Positions 47,201 to 57,300 of a stretch of DNA of 64,000 bases are shown piece by piece. Location of the stretch: positions 4,340,001 through 4,404,000 of the forward strand of contig CM035352.1 in the NCBI GenBank assembly GCA_020137815.1, written 5' to 3'. The notes under the pieces were generated by a model, which ran no database searches, was not told the DNA's origin, and was given only the letters and a program-made list of their open reading frames with translations. Every line of letters begins with the position of its first letter. The stretch's first letter is position 1. The translations under genes were made by a program, and so were the position numbers. Source of the stretch: Hormiphora californensis. Lineage: Eukaryota > Animalia > Ctenophora.

Positions 47201-49099
47201 AAATACTGCCGTCTATAAAAAAATATTTATTTGATTGCGTTTACTCACTTTGAAGATAACATACGGTGTATCTCTTTGTCATCGAGTAGCAGCCCTTTCT
47301 TTTTACAAAACTCGGACAACAGATAAATCTGTTGTCCCGACGTTATTTTGTTTCTTATCCCGTGCACTATTTCAAAGTGCCTTCTTGCCTGTTAAAAATC
47401 TTGGTGAAACATTTCTCATGTGAACATGGAGGGGTTTGTGGGCAAAGCGGTTTAATTGGAGTGAGTGGGGTCCTTCTGCTGATTACCTTATTACCCACCT
47501 TATCACCCGCTACACATAAACTCGTTTTTGTTGATTATATAATTTTTAGTTAAAAACAATTCTTTATAGTCACTCCTAAATTTGTCAAGAAACCCGATAT
47601 TAACTTAGTACTGTGTTATTTTAAATGACTGAGACTGCTCTATCTCAAATTGTGTAAAAACTATGGCATCTTTCGACTTCAAATTTTGGGACACGATAAA
47701 ACATAATTTCTCATTTATTTTCCAGATTTTCAGAAAGTTTTCGTGTTCCTGAATGAACTTATTGCCATAAAACCTCTTCCAACTGTACACAGTCATATCT
47801 CTGGAGTCTAATGAGATAGAGAGTTCAGATTTTTAGGAGAGACAGATAAGACGATTTTGAATGTTTTGTCTGCTTTACGAGTTGATAACTTTTACCGTCT
47901 GTCCACGGAACGGTTTAAAGTGATGTAACACGCTCTAATTAGGCCAAATTTAGGTCATTTCACCCCTCAAAGATCACATGTCCAGCTGATTCTAGTGGGC
48001 TAATGAGGCCTCTTACACGAATTCGTCACGTGTTACTGCAAAGATACCGCTCTCCTTTTTCACCTTGACCAAGCAGACATGATCATGGTGTCTGGAAGTG
48101 GTAACAAGCTGTAGGGGGGGGGGTGACACGTAACACTTTGTAACACTTTGTAACATGTAACGTGCACAAAAAGTTTTCTGCACATGTTACATAGTGTTAC
48201 ATAGTGTTACATAGTGTTACAAAGTGTTACATAGTGTTACAAAGTGTTACATAGTGTTACAAAGTGTTACAAAGTGTTACATAGTGTTACATAGAATCAG
48301 CTGGACATGTGATCTTTGAGGGGTGAAATGACCTAAATTTGGCCTAATTAGAGCGTGTTACATCACTATAAACAGTTCCTGTGAACAGACGGTAAAAGTT
48401 ATCAACTCGTAAAGCAGACAAAACATTCAAAATCGTCTTATCTGTCTCTCCTAAAAATCTGAACTCTCTATTTCATTAGACTCCTGAGATATGACTGTGT
48501 AAAGTTGGAGGAAAATCTGGGAGAATAAATGAGAAATTATGTTTTATCGTGTCCCAAAATTTGAACTCGAAAGACGCCATAGTTTTTACACAGTTTAAGA
48601 TAGAGCAGTCTCAGTCATTTAAAATCACACAGTATATATGACAATGTACAATGATTATCTACACTAACATTTTTTTTCGTCCCTGAGGTGCCACACGATG
48701 GGCATATCCAATGTCCAGGTCCAGTTGTTCCTTGAAACACTGCCAAGTCCTCCCAAAATTTTACATACTTTTTTCTTTCATCAACTGGCTGAAAATAGGA
48801 GTTATTAAAAAAAGTATATATCAAACACCAAGTAAATTGCACCTCGCACTGGATGCGATGTTGGGATTTTTATTGGGATGGTTCCAAAATGTCCCGTCAC
48901 CAGCTCTGATCACAAATTACGATGCATCACCACACCCATAATATTATATCCAATAGTTATATACATACATATCTCTGATATAATGTCTTACCCAGGGGGC
49001 CAGCTTGCAACGTTGAAGGTGTCGCAGGTGCTGATTCGAAATTGTCTTGGAACAATATGGACAGTCAGCACTATCCCGTTTTCTTTTTCTTGATTTTGT
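38212..49099 (-). CDS. Spliced zinc-finger tyrosine recombinase (phage-integrase/XerC-type fold), at least 14 exons and 550 aa; 5' end and last exon unresolved
   Basis: Exons 49099-48992, 48788-48669, 47388-47249, 46814-46740, 45255-45159, 45021-44918, 44837-44671, 44593-44505, 44357-44188, 40687-40587, 40419-40271, 39135-39027, 38892-38793, 38333-38212. All are GT-AG and phase-consistent, with no stops (1651 nt). Motifs: CPYC-x9-HLQRC and CPSC...RRHFEIVH zinc fingers; RNKLLTALLLLGPVRAGEVTSLKKEDV (Arg I); HKNWKKFGSK (Lys); EYVFTT; CPNDVRKSIVT (HxxR-equivalent); LLADVAHHSTAVQERSY (His, Tyr nucleophile). The terminal exon is probably at 38005 (DPPVW...) or 37612 (DG*). Confidence 0.88.
38635..38789. 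mobile_element. 155-bp palindromic MITE inserted at a recombinase splice donor
   Basis: TA|GTATGGTAGTTAAGGTCGTG...CACGACCTTAACTACCATAC|TA. Confidence 0.8.
39307..39810. mobile_element. Longer pogo/Tigger-like MITE (CAGTC..CCCCGATTTA family) in a recombinase intron
   Basis: TA|CAGTCGCACCCCGATTTAGGG...CCCTAAATCGGGGTCCAACTG|TA. Confidence 0.8.
41083..41406. mobile_element. IR element nested in a degenerate pogo-like MITE (~40991-41603), carrying two GC-rich hairpins
   Basis: AATGGTGGGCATAAAATAAACAGCCGCCCTAG is mirrored at 41375-41406. Hairpins lie at 41293-41319 and 41324-41346. Confidence 0.7.
41630..44090. mobile_element. TIR element enclosing the 27-bp minisatellite
   Basis: AATTAGTGGCAAAATTTGTAACAAGCT..TTCCTTCACTAAGTGACCCTAA (~41659-41709) is mirrored at ~44007-44058. 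Confidence 0.65.
41857..43665. repeat. 27-bp minisatellite, about 67 copies (TAGCAATGTATAGCTAGGGGAAATGTA)
   Basis: Directly visible. The unit length is a multiple of 3, which produces the spurious LYISPSYTL ORF. Confidence 0.97.
45515..45815. mobile_element. MITE (GGGTAAGCTGGGG termini, TA TSD) with a nested Harbinger-like fragment
   Basis: TA|GGGTAAGCTGGGG...CCCCAGCTTACCC|TA. Confidence 0.75.
45880..46492. mobile_element. Inverted-repeat element (~115-bp imperfect arms) in a recombinase intron
   Basis: GTACACCGACACGGAGTCTACTCCGGTCTCCGTATCGGTTCACACAC is mirrored at ~46373-46420. Confidence 0.7.
47611..48632. mobile_element. ~1-kb foldback element with TA TSD and an internal 10-bp (GTGTTACATA) array
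   Basis: TA|CTGTGTTATTTTAAATGACTGAGACTG...CAGTCTCAGTCATTTAAAATCACACAG|TA. Arms are ~340-380 bp. Confidence 0.85.
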
Positions 49100-49120
49100 C
49101 TGCTATGGGGTAAAGTGTTA

Positions 49121-49534
49121 GACCGGGTCCAGACGAGTGGTAGGTAGCTACTATGGCAGGGTGCTATGGCAGGGTGCTATGGCAGATGGGTACTGTCCAG
49201 ACGAGTGGTAGCTAAGCTACCATAGTAAGCCATCTACCACTCGTTTGGACACCCTCTGACACAAATCAATCATCGGGGGTATCAAATTTCTCATGCCCCA
49301 TAGAAGTAAAGTTGCAATGGTAGGTTGTTAGAGGCTGTCCACTGGACAGTGTCCAGACGAGTGACACCCTACTCTTGCACCCTGCCATAGCAGGGTGTAA
49401 TAGCAGGGTGTAATAGGCCGAGGTGTAACACCCTGCAATGGTAGATATAAGTGTCCAGACGAGTGGTAGGTATGGTAGATATCTACTATAGCACCCTGCC
49501 ATAGTAGCTACCTACCACTCGTCTGGACCCGGCC
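49121..49534. mobile_element. Harbinger-like MITE (G(A/G)CCGGGTCCAGACGAGTGG termini)
   Basis: GACCGGGTCCAGACGAGTGGTAGGTAGCTACTATGGCAGGGTGCTAT is mirrored at ~49488-49534. Confidence 0.75.
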
Positions 49535-51300
49535 TAAAAAGAGTTGTGAAGGGGATAACTGACCGCTGAGAAGGTCGGATCACATACTTTCTCCGGTGAG
49601 ATGTGCTGACTGTCCATATTGTTACAAGGCAATTTCGAATCAGCACCTTTCTGATTTGCTATCTCTGGTATCTCACTATGGGGGGGGGGGGGTATTAGTA
49701 AAGAGTGATTAGATAGATATTTGGTAGTAATTAGACACAGCTATACCACCCTCTCGGTACTGTCAAGATGACAGTTACTTACCTGCACGTAGTAGGTATC
49801 TCTGTCGTAGGCCGAGGTGTAACACCCTGCAATGGTAGATATAAGTGTCCAGACGAGTGGTAGGTGTGGTAGATATCTACTATAGCACCCTGCCATAGTA
49901 GCTACCTACCACTCGTCTGGACCCGGCCTAAAAAGAGTTGTGAAGGGGATAACTGACCGCTGAGAAGGTCGGATCACATACTTTCTCCGGTGAGATGTGC
50001 TGACTGTCCATATTGTTACAAGGCAATTTCGAATCAGCACCTTTCTGATTTGCTATCTCTGGTATCTCACTATGGGGGGGGGGGGTATTAGTAAAGAGTG
50101 ATTAGATAGATATTTGGTAGTAATTAGACACAGCTATACCACCCTCTCGGTACTGTCAAGATGACAGTTACTTACCTGCAAGTAGTACTAGTAGGTATCT
50201 CTGTCGTAGGCCGAGGTGTAACACCCTGCAATGGTAGATATAAGTGTCCAGACGAGTGGTAGGTGTGGTAGATATCTACTATAGCACCCTGCCATAGTAG
50301 CTACCTACCACTCGTCTGGACCCGGCCTAAAAAGAGTTGTGAAGGGGATAACTGACCGCTGAGAAGGTCTGATCACATACTTTCTCCGGTGAGATGTGCT
50401 GACTGTCCATATTGTTACAAGGCAATTTCGAATCAGCACCTTTCTGATTTGCTATCTCTGGTATCTCACTATGGGGGGGGGGGGTATTAGTAAAGAGTGA
50501 TTAGATAGATATTTGGTAGTAATTAGACACAGCTATACCACCCTCTCGGTACTGTCAAGATGACAGTTACTTACCTGCACGTAGTAGGTATCTCTGTCGT
50601 AGGCCGAGGTGTAACACCCTGCAATGGTAGATATAAGTGTCCAGACGAGTGGTAGGTGTGGTAGATATCTACTATAGCACCCTGCCATAGTAGCTACCTA
50701 CCACTCGTCTGGACCCGGCCTAAAAAGAGTTGTGAAGGGGATAACTGACCGCTGAGAAGGTCGGATCACATACTTTCTCCGGTGAGATGTGCTGACTGTC
50801 CATATTGTTACAAGGCAATTTCGAATCAGCACCTTTCTGATTTGCTATCTCTGGTTTTTTATAGGGGTGGGGGGGGGATTGTAAAGGGAGGGATTAGATA
50901 GATATTTGGATAATAACCCATTTTATCCCCCTTGGTATGGAAAAGTTTACATTAAAATTTACTGACGGGGAAGAGGATTCGTTTTTACCGGGTTAAACAC
51001 CCTGCAAGGAGTATAGGTCCAGACAGTGGTGGTTGGAATTCTCTTTTAGACCCCCCATGTGCTCTACCATGGGTTTGGACCCCCCTAAAAAAATTAAGGG
51101 GTTTTAAACACCGCGGGAGAAGGGTCATACACTTTTCCCCGGGGGAAGTTATCCATATTGTACAAAAATTTTAACGCATTTTGTTTTGCATCTTGGGTAT
51201 CCATATGGGGGGGGGTATTGTGATTGATAGATAGAATTTGGTAAAATTGACCAGCAAACCCCCTTTTCGGTACTGCGGACGTACTTACCTGAAATAGGTG
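49414..51300. repeat. ~395-bp tandem array (nearly 4 clean units, then degenerate sequence)
   Basis: GGCCGAGGTGTAACACC at 49416, 49810, 50209 and 50602. Identity collapses abruptly after ~50853. Confidence 0.92.
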
Positions 51301-51539
51301 AATTTTTATAATATTTTTTGACCGAATTTTAAGTATTTCCCTTAGAAATGGGGAAAGAACCTGTTTTTAAAAAAAAATCAATACCTTATTTAATTGCGTC
51401 TAATTTTTAAGTTAAGCTCCCTTTTCTCTTTTCCCTCTTCAAACAAGCAAACTAGAAAAAGCAAGGGATAGGAACCAAAACCCCATTTTATGGTTTCGTT
51501 AATTTTATTGAAAGTACCTCATTGGGGGGATTTGGCATA

Positions 51540-53290
51540 GCAATTTATAGTTACCCTGCCCATTTGTACCAGTCAACTATTCATTCGCAGTTACCCTGCC
51601 TTTATGTACCACATCCCCATTATTTGCATTTTCCTGCCATACTTGACCGTAACATATTTTCATTCTGCAGTTATCCCCCATTTTTGACCAGCCCCCCTAT
51701 TTCGCTGAGTTCCCCTTTTATTTTGTTTTTATCAGTCCACCATTTTCATTCGCTTTTACCCCTAATTATTGTCCCCAGTCACACTAGTTCATTCTGCATT
51801 TATTCTGCGATAGGTATCATCATCCTAGCTCATTCTGCAGTTCTCCTGTCTAATTTTTCATTGTCCCAGTCACACCTTTCATTCCATTCCCCCGCCTTCA
51901 TTTCCAGTCACACCTTTCATTCTGCTTACCTGCTTCATTCTACACCCACACATATTTTCATTTTTAGTTTTCTGTCGATATGGTATCAGTCATCCTAGCT
52001 ATTCTGCGTTGTCCGTCTATTTTTCATTGTACCATCACCCTAGTTCTTCTGCTTTACCCGCATTATTGTACATCACACCTAGTTCATTTGCATTACCCTG
52101 CCTATCATTGTACCTGTCATATGTTCAATGCGTTACCCTGCCCATATTGTACCATCCACCATTTCTTCTGGTACCCGCCCTCAAAATTGAAACCAGTAAA
52201 AACCTAGTTCTTTCTGCAGTTCCCTGCCTATCATTGTCCATCCACCTATTTTCTTCCAGTTCCCCTCCCTATCATTGTCCATTTACACATTTCATTCTGC
52301 GTTACCCTGCCTTTTTGTACCAGTCACACCTATTTCTAGCATTTTTCCCCTGCCCATCATTGTACCACACCCTTTCATCTGCATTATTCTGTCGATCAGG
52401 GTTCAGTCATACCTAGTTCATTCTGCAGTTGTCCTGAAATTTTACCTTGTACCAGTCATACCTTTTTTGCATTCCCCCTGCCTTCATGTCCCATCCCCCT
52501 TTTTCTTCTGGTTCCCCCCTATCATTGTACCCCCACACATAGTTCTTCACGTTTCCCTGCCCATCTTTGTCCCGTCCCCCTGTTCATTCTGCATTTTCGG
52601 TCGATAGGTTCATCATACCTTTCAACTGCATTTGTCCTTCAAATTTTATTTTGTACCGTCACCTTTTTCATTCCGCATTTCCCCTGCCTATCATTGTCCG
52701 CCCCCCTAGCTCATGGTTCCCTGCCCATCTTGACCGTCACCCCTATTATTCGGCGTTATTCTGTGTTTGGTATCAGCCCCATTAGTTCATTCTGCATTTG
52801 CCCTTTTAAATTTTATCATTGTACCATCATCCCTATTTTCTGCATTCCCTCCCTATCTTCCGTCACACCTATTCTATGCGTTCCCCCTCCCATATGTCCG
52901 CCCACCTGTTCATTTGCATTACCCTGCCTACATTTAACAACAAGTTAAAATTCTCCATTCCCTCCCCATTGAACCATCCACCTATTTCATTCGCAGTTTT
53001 TCTGTCGCAGGGTTCAGTCATCCTTTTCTACGTTTGCCGTCTAATTTTATCATTTACCACTTATTTTCTTCTGATTATTTCTGTCGATCATGGTACCAGT
53101 CATACCTAGTTCATTCTGCAGTTGTCCTGTCTAATTTTATCATTGTACCAGTCATACCTAGTTCATTCTGCAGTTACCCTGCCTATCATTGTACCAGTCA
53201 CACCTAGTTCATTCTGCAGTTATCCTGCCTATCATTGTACCAGTCACACCTAGTTCATTCTGCAGTTATCCTGCCTATCATTGTATCAGT
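51540..53290. repeat. ~46-bp satellite (CCTAGTTCATTCTGCAGTTACCCTGCCTATCATTGTACCAGTCACA); clean at 53090-53290, noisy upstream
   Basis: CCTAG recurs at 53157, 53203 and 53249. Degenerate copies are recognisable back to ~51540. Confidence 0.8.
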
Positions 53291-54229
53291 CAATTAAATT
53301 TAATGTTTCAATCTAGCTTCTGTGAAGTGTGAAGTTTTAACTAGTGTGAAGTTTTAACTAGAAGTTCCTTTAGAAGGACCGCGGAAAGGGATGACGTTAT
53401 CGTAGATCAAATCTGATGACAGATTCGGAATCATCGTGAAAAAATACGTCTAGTCGCTTCTATACCAAAAAAATGATTTCAAAACCCAACACTCTGACAC
53501 CCTGATTATATGTTCTCGAATATTGGTATTTGAGGCGGATTTAAGTTGCATTTTAGTGAAGGGAAGAGCTAATATTGGACAAAAATGTAGCCATAATTTA
53601 GTAATGAGACCAGGCCAGGCCGGACAGGCAGTTCAGTGGTAACTAGGATGTCATGTGTGTTGGAAATGAGAACTAGATACAGATTTGAGTTGCATTTTAT
53701 TGAGGAAAATAGCCCTTTTTGGTATCTGAGACAAGCAAAAGTGACACGAAATGCCACGTAACGAACGAGTAAACGGTTGTTCAGACATCTTTAATCATGA
53801 ATCAAAGATAGAGCAAGTTGCTAGCGATCAGTGGCTGCGGATAGGATACTAGAGGCGTGGGGAAAACTAGGGTACTAGAGATCAGAGAACGAAACACAGG
53901 ATAAACCACTGTAAACGGTAAATTACATTGTTGTAACGCGAGAAACTTTCAACTTTTATATTATATATTTAATAAAATATATTCCATCTAAATATAGTTA
54001 AACAATGGTGTTGGTAATAAACAATCAGTACATAAAAACAGACATGCTCAAACACCACACTAAAACAAAAGGTCGGGGTAAAGAATGGGTTGTGTGAACA
54101 GGGGGTGAAGTGTGAATGTAAGACTTCCACAACGTCCCCGTTTCATATTTCGTTCACAGGTGACAACGATCACGTAAAATAACACACACACACACACCTT
54201 CCTGAGATCGTGCCTAAGTGATGTAGACG

Positions 54230-54349
54230 ATGACTACTCTCTGTTTATTGGACATTGGTGGTGATCTAAACTTCCCGGATATTGACTGGAGTTCCAATTC
54301 GGAGAGAGGAAAAGGTTCAGACTCTTGTTCCTTATTCTCGCTCATGGCT
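54230..54349 (+). mobile_element. Fragment of a LINE (CR1/L2-type) APE endonuclease
   Basis: Translation LDIGGDLNFPDIDWS matches the GD(L/F)NxPxIDW endonuclease motif. It is truncated by the repeat block. Confidence 0.7.
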
Positions 54350-57300
54350 GATTACGGTCAAATCACCCGGCTATCTCCCAAAGTATGGGGAGTAAACTTT
54401 GCCGGACTCAATTATGGCACCGAGCTCAATTGCAGTACAACTGATCCCAGTTGAACTGATAATCTCACTTTGCCAGAGACCTTGTCGGACTCAACTATGG
54501 CACCGGGCTCTTGCAGTGCAACTGATCCCAATTGAACTAATAAATCTCACTTGAAACAGGGTCCATCCCAAGGTTGAGTTACTAGCCTACTTATCCGAGG
54601 TCGCTGATGACCATTATGATTCACTCAGCCAAATTTTAGAGCTATACGATGTCGGCAACCGTGCAACACTAGGTCATAACTTCCCAGGTTCGCCGAGGAC
54701 GAAATCAGATCACCATTCACCGTGTGTCTTTATGGTAGCTCGTTTTGGCTGTTCTTGGTCGCATTCAATAAATAATCGATTGCCAAACACATCAGTTGAA
54801 AGACTGGAGTCAAATGATCTTCTGATTGAGAGAATGAACGAGGTTCATTCCAGTCATAAAAATGAATTTTGAGCCTTAAGTCGGAAACTTTGCCAATCCC
54901 ATTCATACATTGTGTAGAACCATTGTGTTGTCGAAGTTGTGACTACCGTGACCTATATATGAACCATTTTAGGGTAAAATGTGGTACAAATACGACAAAC
55001 TATATACAAAGACTAAAGTAGAATAGAAACTATTGTAATCCATAATAAACGCTACCACTAATATAACTCAAGGGAGACGGTCCTGTGACCGTTTCCTAAC
55101 CCTAACACATAATGTCCATGTTCATCACGCCTAGTCATAACTCGACACTGATCTAAACTCTCCTAAGTTCGTAGATCTCAGAAGTGAGCAGTCCCGATCC
55201 CGTCTTATCCTCTCTCCCCTCTCTCGCCACGTAGCCCTTGTGCTCGCCACGTCTGTAGGCATAACAACCCATGTTATGAGACGTCAATCCTCTTTCTCGT
55301 AATGCAGAATCCTTCCAGAGAATAATAGTAGAGAAAGCAGGCCAATTGATGTCAGGGAGGAGGATGAGTCATCGTAACCTTACCACTGCACCACTTATAT
55401 CGGGATACCGTATAAGAAAATAGAAAGGGGGTTAGAAGGGGGTTAGGATCATATAATCCCGATAACATCGGCGACCCCTGGAAATCATCCGTGTCGTGGC
55501 GCTTGTAGAGAGATCGAATCACCATCCCTTTATAATCGTGAAGCAACCTTTAGTATTCGGGTCAGTACTCGCCGAGTACTGGCCCGACAGTTATTTCATC
55601 GGTTCTTGTTCTTGACAGTAACGAGTTCTGTCTTAGCGACCACCTTTGTATCAGTAGCTTTTTATTAGGAGTGAAGTTCTGCGCTCAAAACATTATTGCA
55701 ATAGATCCATAAAACGGACAAACAACTTACCAACGTCCAACTGTCCCGGGTATGCCCATAATGGCCCCATAGGCCTGCAGTGGCTCCGGTAGACTCCTAG
55801 AGGCGTCAGGAGACAGATAAAATGACCTAGAACACCGGATACAACACTCTCTGTTCGTACACCGATGAGCATTTCATACGTCTATGAGCCATCTGATTTG
55901 CTACACCCATTATGGCTCATTTGTGTATGTATAGAGAGTGGAACGTTTTTTAGATTTTTACATAGATCCAATAGGATGTTTCTTCTATCATTTTCAATCC
56001 GAGTTGGTGTTAACGCTACAAATGTCATATCTTAGATTCAAAAAGAAACTGCAATATATAATTTTTGGCTGTTAAATTATGTCAGTGGTACCCCTTGCCT
56101 AAATTTTGCCTTGAATTTTTTTTCTGTTCAGAAATTGCTTTTGCCGATCTTATTATGTTAATGGCACAAATAAGACATCAGAAACAAAGAGCTAGTTTCT
56201 TAGGTACTCTAATTAATGTGTTAGAACACCAGATACGGCACTCTCTGTTCGTACACTGATGAGCATTTCATACGTCTATGAGCCATCTGATTTGCAACAT
56301 TCATTATGGCTCATTTGTGTATGTATAGAGAGTGGAACGTTTTTTAGATTTTTACATAGATCCAATAGGACGTTTCTTCTATCATTTTCAATCCGAGTTG
56401 GTGTTAACGCTACAAATGTCATATCTTAGATTCAAAAAGAAACTGCAATATATAATTTTTGGCTGTTAAATTATGTCAGTGGTACCCCTTGACTAAATTT
56501 TGCCTTGAATTTTTTTTCTGTTCAGAAATTGCTTTATTATTGGTTTATTACTTTATTATTGGTTATTATTATGGTAGCTCGTTTTGGCTGTTCTTGGTCG
56601 CATTCAATAAATAATCGATTGCCAAACACATCAGTTGAAAGTCTAGAGTCAAATGAGCTCCTGATTGAGAGAATGAACGAGGTTCATTTCATAAAAATGA
56701 ATTTTGAGCTTCAAGTCGGAAACTTTGCCAATCCCATTCACACATTGTGTAGAACCACTGTACCAAATTTTAGAGCTAAAAAATCTCGGCGACCCCTGGA
56801 AATCATCCGTGTCGTGGCACTTGTAGAGAGATCGAATCACCATCCCTTTATAATCGTGAAGCAAGCTTTAGTATTCGGGTCAGTACTCGCCGAGTACTGG
56901 CCCGAGAGTGATTTCATCGGTTCTTGTTCTTGACAGTAACGAGTTCTGTCTTAGCGACCACCTTTGTATCAGTAGCTTTTTATTAGGAGTGAAGTTCTAC
57001 GATCAAAACATCATTGCAATAGATCCATAAAACGGACAAACAACTTACCAACGTCCAACTGTCCCGGGTATGCCCATAATTATAGCCCCATAGGCCTGCA
57101 GTGGCTCCGGTAGACTCCTAGACGCGTCAGGAGACAGATAAAATGATCTAGAAAACCAGATACAACACTCTCTGTTCGTACACCGATGAGCATTTCATAC
57201 GTCTATGAGCCATCTGATTTGCTACACCCATTATGGCTCATTTGTGTATGTATAGAGAGTGGAACGTTTTTTAGATTTTTACATAGATCCAATAGGATGT

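Noticed and set aside
47154-47212. Extra recombinase exon TAVFTCNHM...
   Set aside because: It is not needed. Exon 47388-47249 splices in phase directly to 46814, and the intervening intron would be implausibly short.
56250-56300. CTGATGA in satellite A units (also 53413, 54604) as hammerhead cores
   Set aside because: There is no correctly placed GAAA closing stem II and no stem I pairing.
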